Of a stretch of DNA of 64,000 nucleotides, positions 37,675 to 51,325 are shown in pieces. A model generated the notes under the pieces. The model searched no databases. It saw only the letters and a list, made by a program, of their open reading frames with translations, and had not been told where the DNA came from. Source of the DNA: Octopus vulgaris. Lineage: Eukaryota. A program made the translations under genes and the position numbers. The stretch is from positions 39,370,001-39,434,000 of the forward strand of contig OX597820.1 of NCBI GenBank assembly GCA_951406725.2. Reading direction: 5' to 3'. The stretch's first letter is position 1; each line of letters begins with the position of its first letter.

Positions 37675-39226
37675 TATTATAAAAGGCAGATTTTATCTGC
37701 CTCCCTTTGGGAGTTATACAAATCTACAATATAGGATTTCTTCAATTACAATTTACCTAGCAGTTTTAAGAGTACAATGCATCGCGTCATGCCAGGTCCA
37801 GTTTTTAAAATTTAAACTCCAATTAAGCAAAATTTACAGAAAACTCACATTCTGGTGTGTGTGTCAAATGCTTTTCTTAGTCTGGTTTACACCACACGCA
37901 AACGCACACACACAGTGGGCAACGAATAAAATGAAAGTAAATAGCGACAGAGTGATTGATTTGAGGAAGACTAAACTGAAAGTGTTTAAACCACTACTCA
38001 AAAAATAAAAAAACACAGCAAACAGAAACAAATAAATACATAACCATTTAATCCTCACACAACTTCTTCAATTAGAATTTACCTAAGATTTTTCAAAGTA
38101 CTCCATTCGCTCATGCCATAATATATTTCTTTCAATTTCACCCCCAATTAAGACAAAATTCGAGAAAACTCAATATTTTAACATATCACTCCGAAAGCAT
38201 TGATGTACATGTGTGCGTGCGTGAGTGTGTGTGTGTCATTCCTCACACACACGCATACACATACATATACAACTACATACAACTACATACACATACAACT
38301 ACATACAAACACGTGTGTGTTTGTTATTAGTAAAAAAGGCGCAAAAACACAACTCACTTATCATTCCAACACATTTGCAAAGACACATGGAGGACAGAAA
38401 AGGTAAATTGGTTTTTATTTTACTCTGTATATATTTTATTATATAATATTATATATAGATATATGTATATATAATTGCAGTATGAAACAGTGTTTATGTA
38501 TAAACAGACGACACTTATATATAGTTACCAAGCCGCCCGAATTTACCTATTCATATTTAAATGAGAATATCAGAGCAAATCTCTTTAGTACATTCGTGAA
38601 AACACGTATTATACTTCGTAAACACTTCAACTACAGTTTTGTACAAAAATCGAAGTGTAATTTTAATTCCGTGAATTATGGGAGATTTTTTTCCGAAATT
38701 TGTTCCTATTGTGTTTTCAAAATTTTTAATTCTGACAAAAAATGGATACGAATTTCATTATATCAAGCAGCGAGTCAGAATTCGAAGGATTTTCTACTGA
38801 AGACCTTCATAAATCTAACTCTATGACTGAAAAAAAAAAGGCATCTTTATATAAGAGTGAAGTTGTGTGTCTGTCTCCTACGATTTAGATTCCTAACTAC
38901 TCCCACATTTTGCGGTGCAGTTTAACCAAAAGCGGGTATCTTATAGTCGTGATTCATATCGAGCCCTTCTGGGTATTAGCATGCGTCTACGATGAGTCTA
39001 CGATTTAAAAAAAATTTACCATCATATTTTTCCATTTTAATGCATTTTTTTCGCTTTTATATAAGGGAAGTAACTCTCTAAAAATATCTACGATGTGTCA
39101 ACGATTTAAAAAATATTTACCTTAATTTTTTTTCAATTTTTAATGCATTTTTTGGCTATAACTCTCTAAAAATGCTTATATAGTTATTTCCCTTACAACC
39201 CGAGCAATGCCGGGCGATACTGCTAG
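37670..39226 (+). mobile_element. Non-autonomous Helitron unit 1
   Basis: A|TC 5' end in (AT)n; 3' hairpin CCCGAGCAATGCCGGG followed by CTAG at 39223-39226. Confidence 0.85.
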
Positions 39227-39704
39227 TCTTATTATAAAAGGCAGATTTTATCTGCCTCCCTTTGTCAGTTATAGAAATCTACAATATAGGATTTCTTCAA
39301 TTACAATTTACTTAGCATTTTTAAGAGTAGAATGCATCGGGTTTTGCCAGGTCCACTTTTAAAAATTTAAACTCCAATTAAGCAAAATTTACAGAAAACT
39401 CACATTCTGGTGTGTATGTCAAATGCTTTTCTTAATGTGGTTTACACCACACGCACACGCACACACACAGTGTGCAAAGAATAAAATGAAAGTAATTCAC
39501 CATTCTAGTGAGTGACTCTTTCAGTCTGCCACTTCCTCTTTACACACATAGACACGCAAATATATAAATAAAATTGTAAGCTAACGTGCGTGTGTGTGAG
39601 TGTGTGTGTGCGTGTGTGTGTGTGTGAGGGTGCGTGTGTGTGTGTGTGTGTGTGTGCGTGAGTGTGTGGCAGGAAAGTTTTTTAGGACGAATATAAGACC
39701 TATA

Positions 39705-40150
39705 TCGGAGATGTTTCGCTTGTCGTAGCACAAGTTTCCGTCGATTTCCGTAAAAAACTTTTATTTTTTTACATAAGTAATGAGAGCGAAAGAGACTAAG
39801 AGAAAGCGATTGTATGACGAGGGAAGTTCTTTTGAAGTTACCGTGCATGGGACGCATTGATGTACATGTGTGTGTGTGTGTGTGTTTGATGGAGGGTGGG
39901 AGACAGACAGTATGTTGTGTAAGTGAAGTGCTTCTGTTAGTGTGTGTGAAGAGACAGAGAGAGTAATGTGTGAAAGAGAGAGATAACTGAAATTTTTTAC
40001 TCGGTTTATGTGTATATGTATGTATGCATGTATGTGTGTGTGTATGTATGTGTGTGTGTATGTATGTATGTATGTATGGCCGATTCAGTGTTTACATTTT
40101 TTACGGAAATCGACGGAAACGTGTGCTACGACAAGCGAAACATCGCCCCT
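39705..40150. mobile_element. MITE-like element with ~48-bp inverted repeats nested in the Helitron
   Basis: 39710-39757 is the reverse complement of 40097-40144 with one mismatch; TATA flanks. Confidence 0.6.
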
Positions 40151-40168
40151 ATATCCAAGTAGCAGAAA

Positions 40169-40634
40169 GATCGCCCAAAAGTGTATATAGATATTTAAAT
40201 GTATTTATATATTCATCTATACACAGATGTATGTATAATGTGTGTGTATATATTTCCATACACGTAACCATTCACTCCGCACAAAGTTTTTTAGGACGAA
40301 AATAAGATCTAAAGTTATCTCTAAGTAGCACAGAGATCGCCCAAAAGTGTATATAGATATATAAATGTATTTATATATTCATCTATGCACACATGTTTGT
40401 ATAACGTGTGTGTATATATTTCCATAGAGGTAACCATTCACTCCATACAAAGTTTTTTAGCACGAAAATAAGATCTAAAGTTATCTCTAAGAAACAGAAA
40501 GATCGCCCAAAAGTGTATATAGATATTTAAATGTATTTATATATTCATCTATACACACATGTATGTATAATGTGCGTGTATATATTTCCATAGAGGTAAC
40601 CATTCAATCCATACAAAGTTTTTTAGGACGAAAA
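40169..40634. repeat. 166-bp tandem repeat, about 2.8 copies, inside the Helitron
   Basis: GATCGCCCAAAAGTG starts at 40169, 40335 and 40501. Confidence 0.9.
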
Positions 40635-40880
40635 TATTTATATATAAAAGAAAGGTTGTGTGTCTGTCTACTCCGATTTAGATTCCTAACTACTCCCACA
40701 TTTTGCGATGCAGTTTAACCAAAACCGGGTATCTTATAGTCGTGATTCATATCGAGCCCTTCTGGGTATTAGCGCGCGTCTACGATGAGTCTATGATTTT
40801 ACAAATAATTTACCATCATTTTTTTCCATTTTAATGCATATTTTTTTAAATAAACGGAAGTAACTCTCAAACTTCACACC

Positions 40881-41380
40881 AATATGCGTGCTCATATGCG
40901 ACGTAATATCACATCAGCAGCATTTCCTCACACCCTCCTTGCACTTGGCGAAGGCAAAATACCAGGGGATGAAAATGGTAATATTGCCATCGATTCCATT
41001 TGTACCATTGTTAAGACGCCTTCTGATCTCAGAGATGCAGTGTTCCCAGATCTACAAGCTAATTATCAGAATATGGATTGGATTGGCAAAAAGGCTATAC
41101 TGGCCCCGAGGAATAAAACTGTTCACCATATTAATGATGAAATGCTAAAACTCATTCCTGGGGAAGTCTATGTATATCAGTCTATCGATACAACTCCTGA
41201 CCCAGAGGACGTCATCAACTATCCAATAGAGGTACTCAATTCCTTTGAGCACCCCGGACTACCACCACACTTTCTCAAACTTAAAGTTGGTGCCCCTATA
41301 ATGCTCATCAGAAATTTGGTTCCCCCAAAACAATGCAATGGCACACGTTTGATCGTTAAGTCCTTATCTCCCACCGTAAG
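40881..41380 (+). pseudogene. PIF1-family helicase fragment of Helitron RepHel
   Basis: NMR..F...LL.LGEG, AILAPRN..V..IN, YQSID, P.E.LNS..PGLPPH.LKLKVGAPIMLIRNL...CNGTRL motifs. Confidence 0.88.
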
Positions 41381-41598
41381 CTTATATCAATATTTGCCTG
41401 AATAATCATCATAATTCAGTGCAATCATTAACAGTACTTTCAAGCAATTCAGCCCCGAGCAACGCCGGGCAATTCTGCTAGTATATATATATATATATTA
41501 TCATAACTGAACATAAAAACAAACGTTGACATATGCATGCATAAATAAATATATAAGGGTAAAAATTTATACCATGCGCAAAAAATTGTCCCTAGACC

Positions 41599-41639
<41 letters not shown>

Positions 41640-41825
41640 GGGAAAATGCAGTCATGAAAATTAATATTCTTAAGATTATAAACCTGAAAATGTACAGGAC
41701 AAGCTGTTACTTCTAGTAAAGAATAAGAAACTTTTAACTTAAAATATTGCAGCAAAGAATGCCAGTTCTAATTATTCAATCTTTACAGTACTCATCTTTT
41801 AAATTTATTCTACAAAACTGTTCAG

Positions 41826-41857
<32 letters not shown>

Positions 41858-41858
<1 letters not shown>

Positions 41859-41987
41859 TAAACTTTTGGAAGGTTTTGCATATTATGACAGTTCCATTGA
41901 TGGCTTACATCTATAATCTTCTAGCTAGCTTTTGCCTTTCTGGTTTGTGCTCCAATTATTACGGGTATAAATCTGAACTTGTAATCC
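41858..41987 (-). mobile_element. R4/Dong-like RLE element fragment, copy 3 (internally deleted)
   Basis: DYKFRFIPVIIGA...[12 protein letters not shown] homology to copy 1. Confidence 0.65.
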
Positions 41988-42062
41988 GTGTGTATGCATA
42001 TGTATTATATGTATTTATGTGTATATGGATGTATGTATTCATTTATGTATATATATATGTCA

Positions 42063-42093
<31 letters not shown>

Positions 42094-42483
42094 TGTATGT
42101 ACGTATGTATGTACATACGTGAATTTTTTGAGATGAGAAATTATCATGTCTACCTGTCTTACTATAGTTACAACATTAGAACCATTGTATTCTCCTACCT
42201 TCTTTAGATACCTGCCGCATTACGTAATTTCTTCGGTTTTTTTTAACACTAACCGTTAGTTATATCCATAGTAGCGATATTCTTCTGTTTGATATTCTCC
42301 TGCATGGTATTCCGCTCGACCTAGGGTTTGAACTCTTACTCACTGACACACTGAGTAAGTTATAACATTATCTGACAGTTCACTAGGACAATCAGGTAAT
42401 GGAAGTTAGGTTCTTTAAACCTAACTGCTTGTAGGTTTAATGCTCATGGATGGGTGTGCGTTTGTGTGAGTATGTATATATCC

Positions 42484-42549
<66 letters not shown>

Positions 42550-42550
42550 G

Positions 42551-42817
42551 GAACTCCGTCGGTTACGGCGACGAGGATTTCAGTTGCACCACTCAACGGA
42601 TAAGCCTGCTCGTGGAATTAACGTACAAGTGACTGAAATCTCCATAGACACGCGTACCCTCAACATAGTTCTCGGGGAGATTCAGTGTGACACACAATGT
42701 GACAAGCCTGGCTCTTTGAAATACAAATACTGGTACAACTCATTTTTGCCAGCTAAGTGAACTGGAGCAACATGAAATAAAGTATCTTCCTCAAGGACAC
42801 AACGTGTCGCCGGGAAT
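42551..42817 (-). mobile_element. SINE family C (partial)
   Basis: Reverse complement of the 3' domain of 59158-59535 (CTCGTCG.CGTAACCGACGGAGT). Confidence 0.75.
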
Positions 42818-44230
42818 TTTTACTCATATATGTATGTGTGTGTATTCGTACGTGTATGTGTGTGTGAGAGAGAGAGAGAGAGTGTGTTGTGTGTGTGTGT
42901 GTGCGTGTGTGTGTGTATGTGTATGTGTGTTTGTGTGTGAGTAATATCCTTATCTACTCGTTCGTTAGGCGCACTTGACCATCGCTGAGAGGACTGCGTC
43001 AGCAATGCCTGTGCAGGGACTTTCAGTGAAGAGCAGCTTGCACAGCATCGGAACGCCTCTTATTTAAAATACCAAGCCCAGAGACAAGCAATCTGCAAGA
43101 CATTCGGCTCAGTAGAGCAGCAGGTTTTATATAAGAGTTAGCATTCTCTTAGATGTCTTGACAAATACCAGAGATTTCTCGTTCTCAAGGGGCTTACTGA
43201 ACTCTCGGACACCAACCGCAGTATCTCTACGTCCCGGCACACACCTGCCCAGAATACATACATACATACATACATACATACATACATACATACACATTAT
43301 TGGATGGTCATCGACTCTGTTGAATAAATATATCCATAAACCCAAACACATACAATGCACAAAAGCACCACAACTATACCATACAAATGCATACACCGCA
43401 ACACAAAACAAACTCACATACAAAGGTCTTCAAGAATAAATAACCTATGTTATCTCTGGACATTTTACGCCATTTGTAATATTGTATGCATATGCAATCC
43501 ATACAAAATATACAATTAATCTTATACCTTGTTTGATATCAAACAATATTTCTTTTCTTTTATATATTTTTCTTTCTGTTTATAATTGTATTATATTCGC
43601 GTGTTGGTGATGGGAATATTTAGCACTTTTTTTTTTCATTGCCTCATCTATAATTAAAATTACCCAGTAATACGAGAAGAGATAAAACAGCCTCATTAAT
43701 ATGATAAATTCCCGGCATCTCAATTCATGTAGAAAAAATGATAACGTTCTTTCAGACTCTGTTCCAATAAAGAAATATATAATAACAGTCTTTTTTTTTA
43801 CATATCGACCATCAATTACTTTAATACACACTCAAACATGTACATACATGCATACATATATACATGTATATACACATATTTGTATAACATATAGACATAT
43901 AAACACACATACATATATATGCATATATAACGTATATATACATATGCATGCTTATACATAAATACACAGATTCAGGAGTGTGTGTATGTCTGTGTGCGTG
44001 TTACCAAATGTACTACATAGTAGTTAGTCTGAGTAGAAATGTATGGTAAACTTACAAATGTGTCGCATTTTGTGTGAAATACTAATTAAACCACATTTTC
44101 CCCTCTGATGCCAATAAAAAAGCTCGGTGTTATTAGTTTCAGGTTTTTATTAACAATTCATCAGTGATTATGTTTCTAAATTTGTCCCCATAAAAAAATA
44201 TATAATGAAGTATATATGCTTACAGCATAT

Positions 44231-44367
44231 AGGCGCAGGCGTGGCTGTGTGTCGTTTCGAGTTCAGTCCCACTGCTGACACCTTTGGGCAAGTGTCTTCT
44301 ACTATAGCCTCGGACCGACAAAGCCTTGTAAGTGGACTTGGTAGACGGGAACTGAAAGAAGCCCATC

Positions 44368-44422
<55 letters not shown>

Positions 44423-44633
44423 ATCCAAACATGGAAACACAAAGAGAAAACACAACAACGTGAGGACGTGGAACAAGTATAGTGTTATTTGACGCTCAGG
44501 AAAGGAAAGAAAGAAGGAGGATTTAATGTTTCGAACGGAGCTCTTCGTCAGAAACATAGGAAAAGAAAAGATCCAAGGAAGGGAAGACGGAGGAAAAAAA
44601 ATCGCCAACGATACACACGCGGTCACATTTTGA

Positions 44634-44680
<47 letters not shown>

Positions 44681-44681
44681 A

Positions 44682-44717
<36 letters not shown>

Positions 44718-44967
44718 TGTATGTATGTATATTTATGTGTGGGTGTCTTTGTGTCTGTGTTTGGCCCACGCTACCATCACCACCATCGCTTGATAACCGA
44801 TGTTGGTCAGTTTATGTCCCCCGAAACTTAGCGCTTTGGCCAAAGGTACCGATAGAATAAGTACTAGGCTTACAAAATATAAATCTTGAGGTCGATTTCT
44901 TCGACTGAAGGCGGTGCTCTACCATGGCCATAGTCAAATTACTGAAACGGGTAAAAGACTAAAAGAG
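44231..44967 (+). mobile_element. SINE family B with an insertion in its internal microsatellite
   Basis: 5' half at 44231-44370 and 3' half at 44740-44967 flank (TA)n and a hammerhead element. Confidence 0.8.
44420..44636 (-). mobile_element. Penelope-associated-type short element with hammerhead core
   Basis: Minus strand reads GTTT CTGACGA A GAGC-TCC-GTTC GAAA CATT AAAT at 44521-44555; flanked by (TA)n. Confidence 0.65.
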
Positions 44968-45296
44968 TTCACCTGTTTACTGTATATGCGGACCCTTACA
45001 GAACTAGATTGGTTGGTCTGCCCAACTTGTATAACAATGCAAAAGTTGGCAAAGAGAAAGAATTCATTAATAGAAGCTTTACATAGCGGCGAAGATGATT
45101 AACAGTCATGTGAAGTAAACTAACAAATGTATATATAAAGTAAACAAGCAGTTTTTCCTCTCAGTGAAAAATTTACACCGTTCTTAAACTACGGGATTTT
45201 TCTCTGTGACCAAAAACAAATCGATCTGACTAATTTCAGTGTTTATAACCCTTCATTAGAGATGCTTGCTCGTGTCCTGTCTACTGGAAGAATACT

Positions 45297-45503
45297 GGTT
45301 TCAAATTTTTGGCACACGCCCAGCCACTTCGGGTGAGGGACTAAGTCGATTACATCGATTCCAGTGCTCTCAACTGGTACTTATTTTATCGACCCTGAAA
45401 AGATGAAAATCAAAGTCGGCATTTAAACTCTAAACGTGAAGTCGGAAGAAATGTCTCTAAGCAGTTTTCCCGGCCTTGAAACGATTCTGCCAGCTCACCA
45501 CCT
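45297..45503 (-). mobile_element. SINE family A
   Basis: Homologous to 15481-15685. Confidence 0.8.
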
Positions 45504-46189
45504 TTCGTCAATAGAAATATTAGCCTGATACTATTCATTATATATGCAAACTGATGGGGTACTAAGTTACCTTATCTGACACCTTTGTACAGAACCTTAG
45601 TGTATTTATCCTGGAATTAATCAATTACTGCCCTCCTACCTCGTAGGAAGGGTTGTAATTGATTGACAAGGTGGTATGCTCCGGTGGTCAACTTTAAGAT
45701 GAATTCCAACAGACATATTTGTCGGCATCACACATTAAGGAGAATCACTTCCAGTCGTATTGGTTCTTCCATGCTATTAGATTTATCTCCTTCTTTACAG
45801 CGAAAATGATAATTCTGATGTATGTGTAAAGCCAATGATACTACAAAGATGTATTATATAGACATTAGACATTGTTTCCTGCAAAGTGGGTCCCAAATCC
45901 CTAAATTCGGTGGCAATAGTGTGTCTAATGACTGGAGCTAGTTCGATGGGAGCTCGCTTCTAGTGAGACATTTTTTTCTACATAAGACAATATTCGTTCG
46001 TGGTTACGTTTGAGTGCGAGTTTCCAACGACAGAGGTCTGAGTGACTGCGCCCGACTCACCACAGTCAACGAAGAGCCTAAATACAGTGGCCAAAACATT
46101 TCCCACTCAATACTTCCACTGCACAATGAACTACTAGTTCTAGACTGTCCAGTTAATAATTTGAAAAATAAGAAACATGAAATATCACA

Positions 46190-46870
46190 TTGACTTGTCA
46201 CGCTGAATATACGGACAATTCTTCATGTAAAATATTGAACAGACCATTCCCAACATAAAACAGCTATCATAGTCAACAAACTGAAGTACTTCAGAGAAGA
46301 TATTGCTGTATTCAATGAGACCAGGTTAGTTAGAGGGGACTCATTTAGTAACGCTAAATAGGGATGTACACATTTCTAAAAATACAACCCCAAGAATAGA
46401 CATCACCTACATGTTGTGAGATTCTATGTCCAAAGTGAGACAGTACTTAGAATCATTGAGTGTGTATACCACTTTGGAATGGTGAGAAGGGAAATATGCT
46501 TTTCTGGAAATACAACTTCGAGGATGAACATCATTAATATTATGTGAGATTTGGGGCCCAAACTAAGTGACACACCGGTTAGCATCAGTGGATATCTAAT
46601 GCTACCTTGTTTTCCTTTGCTAAGAGTTTTATTGAGTGACAAGTATACATTTTGTCATTTGATAGTCATGACAAAACCTCCTAACAAATCTTAGAACAGA
46701 CACTGACTAATATCCTATAACAGGGCAAAAGTGTTCTAATGAAGGATTTTAATGAAAGAGGACTGGGGACCAAACCTGAGATCGAATGACCGGAGAACAT
46801 AGTGCTGAGAAAACTAATGATCAATCTACATTTCGCTGCCAGAAAAATGAACGGCGAAATGCAAAAGCTC
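46190..46870 (+). mobile_element. Degenerate RTE LINE endonuclease fragment
   Basis: TAIIVNKLKYFREDIAVFNETRL and later LMKDFN motifs. Confidence 0.55.
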
Positions 46871-47375
46871 AAAAAAATTCAGATTCACACATATAAGTGC
46901 GACGTGTATAATTTCTAAAATGCTTTAAAAACATTTTATGAAATCAGGAATTATTTTATGTTAACAGACGGCGTGTCCCTATTACAAGACTAATCAATAT
47001 AATGGAGATCGAGAGATCAATTCAACCGGCTCTGAAACCACTAAAATCCTTTCAAGCAGTAATTTTCTTTCCATTCCCTGTGTTAACAGTGACTACGCTG
47101 TTAACACAGGAGATGTAAAGACAATCGCGATAAATTTCCGATTCGAACATCTTCAACATCAGAAGGCTACAGGCCACTTGCAGTCTTGGATGTGATCTGA
47201 TCATTAGATAAGATGTTTACAGTGTTACAGTAAAACATACTTCAGAAATCATATTGGCCATCATCTCAGCTCCTGTTGAGGTTTGTGGAAGAATGTATCC
47301 GACAGTTAACATGCATAAAATTGCTGTATCTGCCAATCTTTCACATCATTACACTGTTATTGCCATACTTTCTGA

Positions 47376-47665
47376 GCACTCCGTCGTGAACGACGACGTG
47401 GGTTCCAGTTGATCCGATAAACGAAACAGTCAGCTCGTGAATTTAATGCGCATGTGGCTGAGCATTCACAGACACGTGTAACCTTAACGTAGTTCTCAAT
47501 AAAGATTCAGAGTGACACAGGTACTGCTCATTTTTGCCAGACGAGTGGACTGAAGTAACGTGAAATACTGTGTCTTGCTCAAGGACACAACGCGTCGCCG
47601 GGAATTGAACTTACCACCTTATGATCGTGAGCCGAATACCCTAACCACTAAACCACGCACCTTCA
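47376..47665 (-). mobile_element. SINE family C
   Basis: Head GTGGTTTAGTGGTTAGGG..AGTTCAATTCCCGG on the minus strand plus shared 3' domain. Confidence 0.75.
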
Positions 47666-48079
47666 CACAACATTTTGAGCACATCAGTAAAAAATAGTTT
47701 CCTGCTTCAGTTACATAAGTCACATCATTTTTAACGGTTGCACATTAAAAGGGGAAATTCAAATCCAACTTAGATAGTCTTTTGCAACTTTCACAAGAAT
47801 AAGAAACAATATTTCTAAACAGTCATCACAGACTTCATTCCAAAACCTTCGTCTACCAGCAGATTGCATTTCCTCTACCTTGTACAAAGGCAAAACATGG
47901 ACCACATGCAACCGACACATTAAGGCCATGGTAACCTTTACCATCCACTGACTTCGAAAGAGCTTGTCAGTCACTTTGCAAGACAAGGTTGCGTACAAAG
48001 AAACTGCCGACGAATCCACACCATCAGCATCGAAATTACATTAAAAGGCATCAACTGAGATGATCCGCGCAAGTAGTGA

Positions 48080-48405
48080 GTATTTTTATCCTTGTAGTAT
48101 TCTCAGCCGCCGTCTACATTATGGTGAACCCTTAATTGGAGGACGGATCAAATGATTCAAGGATCAACGGTTACCACTCTGAAGACATTGACAGTCTCAC
48201 TTTTGGAAGGGACGAAGATGAAACGCAGTCAGCACTACCAGAAGAACCGAAAAAGGAGCGAATGCACGGAGAATTTATTTCAACTGAGCCCTCGCAGCAA
48301 AGAAGTATTTATACGTCTCGGTCTGTAAATGAAGCTACACGTCAAGAATTTGGATGTATATTCAGAATAAGATACATAAAGGAAAGAAAAGGTCGTCATG
48401 GTAGT
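48080..48405 (+). mobile_element. Degenerate RTE-like 3' fragment
   Basis: LHYGE..GG...FKD-like remnants followed by (GATA)n. Confidence 0.35.
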
Positions 48406-48406
48406 G

Positions 48407-48830
<424 letters not shown>

Positions 48831-49370
48831 GGCAAACAAAGGAACATAGTTAACGTTATCTGCTACCACGCCATAGTAACGTCAAACCGGAGAGAAAAGA
48901 TTCAAATACGCTTCGATCTATTAACATCCTTTAAAAATTTCGCTGAAATATCTATGGCAACGTTTTCAATCATGTATTTTCGTACAAAGTGATGTAAACA
49001 TCTGCTGACAACCATATTAATAAAGCCAGAGTGATTTATACCAACTTCTTTGGTCTATTCATATATTCTCTTTCTTTCCGGCAGTTCCAGACTTCTAAGC
49101 TATTTTCAGTAAATCCAGTCTACTAGAACCTTTTCTTTTCCTAGACATCATTGTAAACATGCACACATACAGATAAACAAATGCAGATGCATACAAATCA
49201 CAAAAGACACATATACACGCTATTACTAAACATACATAAACAAGTGTAGATAAACGCACATATAAACAACATACATAAACAAATATAAATAAACGCACAT
49301 AGACAAATACATATAAACACACAGACTACAAAATATATGTATATATGCATATACGCATATATTCTTTTAT

Positions 49371-49439
<69 letters not shown>

Positions 49440-49461
49440 TACATTCATACATGCATATGTA

Positions 49462-49499
<38 letters not shown>

Positions 49500-49547
49500 C
49501 ATATTTATATCTATATGTATACATATATAAACATACATATTTATATC

Positions 49548-49676
<129 letters not shown>

Positions 49677-50339
49677 GCACACAGAAACAAACATGATTAT
49701 GTGCACGCAACGATTTAGTGCTGTGAACGTGCACAAGATTAAGTACTTACCAAAACTACTATAAATTTTTGTATGCCAAACGGGTAAAGATTTCGCTTTG
49801 CAACCATGAGTTCCAGTGTTCAATCCCACAGCAAGACAACTTGGATAAACGTTATTTTCTATTGCCAAGGGTTAACCCACTCGTACCTTATGAGTGAATT
49901 TTCGCAGTAGGAAACTACTTAGATAACTGTCGTATTCATTGTGTCCATAATTTTAAAAAAAACCTAGACATATACCATCGTATGCCGCACTGATTCTGTC
50001 TGAGTATTAAGGATGAGTAAACGTGTCTGTGAGATTCTCAGCAAACACATTATTCCAGGAACTAGTAATCCAGTTAATAGAGCATCTAAAGTTTTGTCGA
50101 TAAACTGCGTGGATCTGCCACCATATGTTTTTATTCTTCAATATTTATAAACGTATACATACATATACGCAGTAACAAAATCTTTCACGGTTTTTCATTC
50201 GTGATCTTAACGCTGGTGCTGGCTAACTCATATCTCACACTGAGTAAGACCTGCTGCTACTTATGGACCGCTTTCCAACCGAGTTCGAGTTTACAATCAG
50301 ACCTAAGGAGACCGTAATAATGCTATAACCAACGTCCCC

Positions 50340-50530
50340 ATGTAAACCACGCAAGGGTTTTAAAAGCAATCTTAAAGACACGCTGATAATAACACCTGGG
50401 ATGATCTTACGTCAGATAGGGAGTTATGGAGGAATCTGGTAGCTACTGGTGTTAAAGAATTCGAAAGCAACAGGTTTATATACGCTAAGCTGAAACGTGT
50501 TGATAAATGTACCATGTGCTTGGAAAGCAA
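50340..50530 (+). mobile_element. RTE LINE 3' fragment
   Basis: WDDLTSDRELWRNLVATGVKEFESNR motif. Confidence 0.5.
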
Positions 50531-50612
50531 GATTCTTATCACACAACAACACCTGCACCTATATATATACATACATACATACATACATACATACATACAT
50601 ACACACACACAC

Positions 50613-50645
<33 letters not shown>

Positions 50646-50748
50646 CACAAAGAAAAAGAGATAGGTCGATATTATTATCATCATCAACCTTATAATCATC
50701 ATCGTCGTCATCATCAGCATCAGCATCATCCTCAGCATCATCATCTAA

Positions 50749-50923
50749 AGTGGTGAGCTGGCAGAATTCTTAACGTGTCGAATGCAGTTTTTAGCAGACT
50801 TTCTTCCAACTCTACGTTCTCAGTTTCAATTCTGCCGAGGTTGACTTTGCCAGAGTCCTGAGGTCGATGTAATCAACTAGCGTCCATCTCCATAAAAGTG
50901 CTGGCCTTTTGCAAAAATTTAAA
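50749..50923 (+). mobile_element. SINE family A, degenerate
   Basis: GAGCTGGCAGAAT head and CCGAGGTTGACTTTGCC. Confidence 0.65.
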
Positions 50924-50924
50924 A

Positions 50925-51005
<81 letters not shown>

Positions 51006-51325
51006 TATCATTATCATTATCATTATTATCATTATTATTATTATTATTATCTTTTAGTTGTCCATAATTCAGAAACAATACACTCAATATGAAAAACAGA
51101 ATAGTTGTATTTTTGTATTACGTCGACTAGTAAGTGTATTACTAGATATGTGCATATAACTAATCAGAATATTACCATCGCTTTCGCACCTATTATTGCA
51201 CTTGGAATAATTGACAACTCCCTAAACACGCTGGCCAGAATAGGACAGCCTCTCCCAAATTCAATAATCGACGCGAACTTGCTATAAACGATAGCCCATC
51301 CCGTTCAATAGAGCTCAACGATATA

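Larger units (their letters stand above)
39227..41481 (+). mobile_element. Non-autonomous Helitron unit 2 carrying a helicase fragment
   Basis: 5' ~270 bp repeats the start of unit 1; 3' hairpin CCCGAGCAACGCCGGG, CTAG at 41478-41481, then T. Confidence 0.85.

Noticed and set aside
40169-40634. CRISPR-like array
   Set aside because: Whole units are repeated with no unique spacers; eukaryotic context and no cas genes.
40884-41405. Host PIF1 gene
   Set aside because: Intronless partial domain enclosed by Helitron termini.
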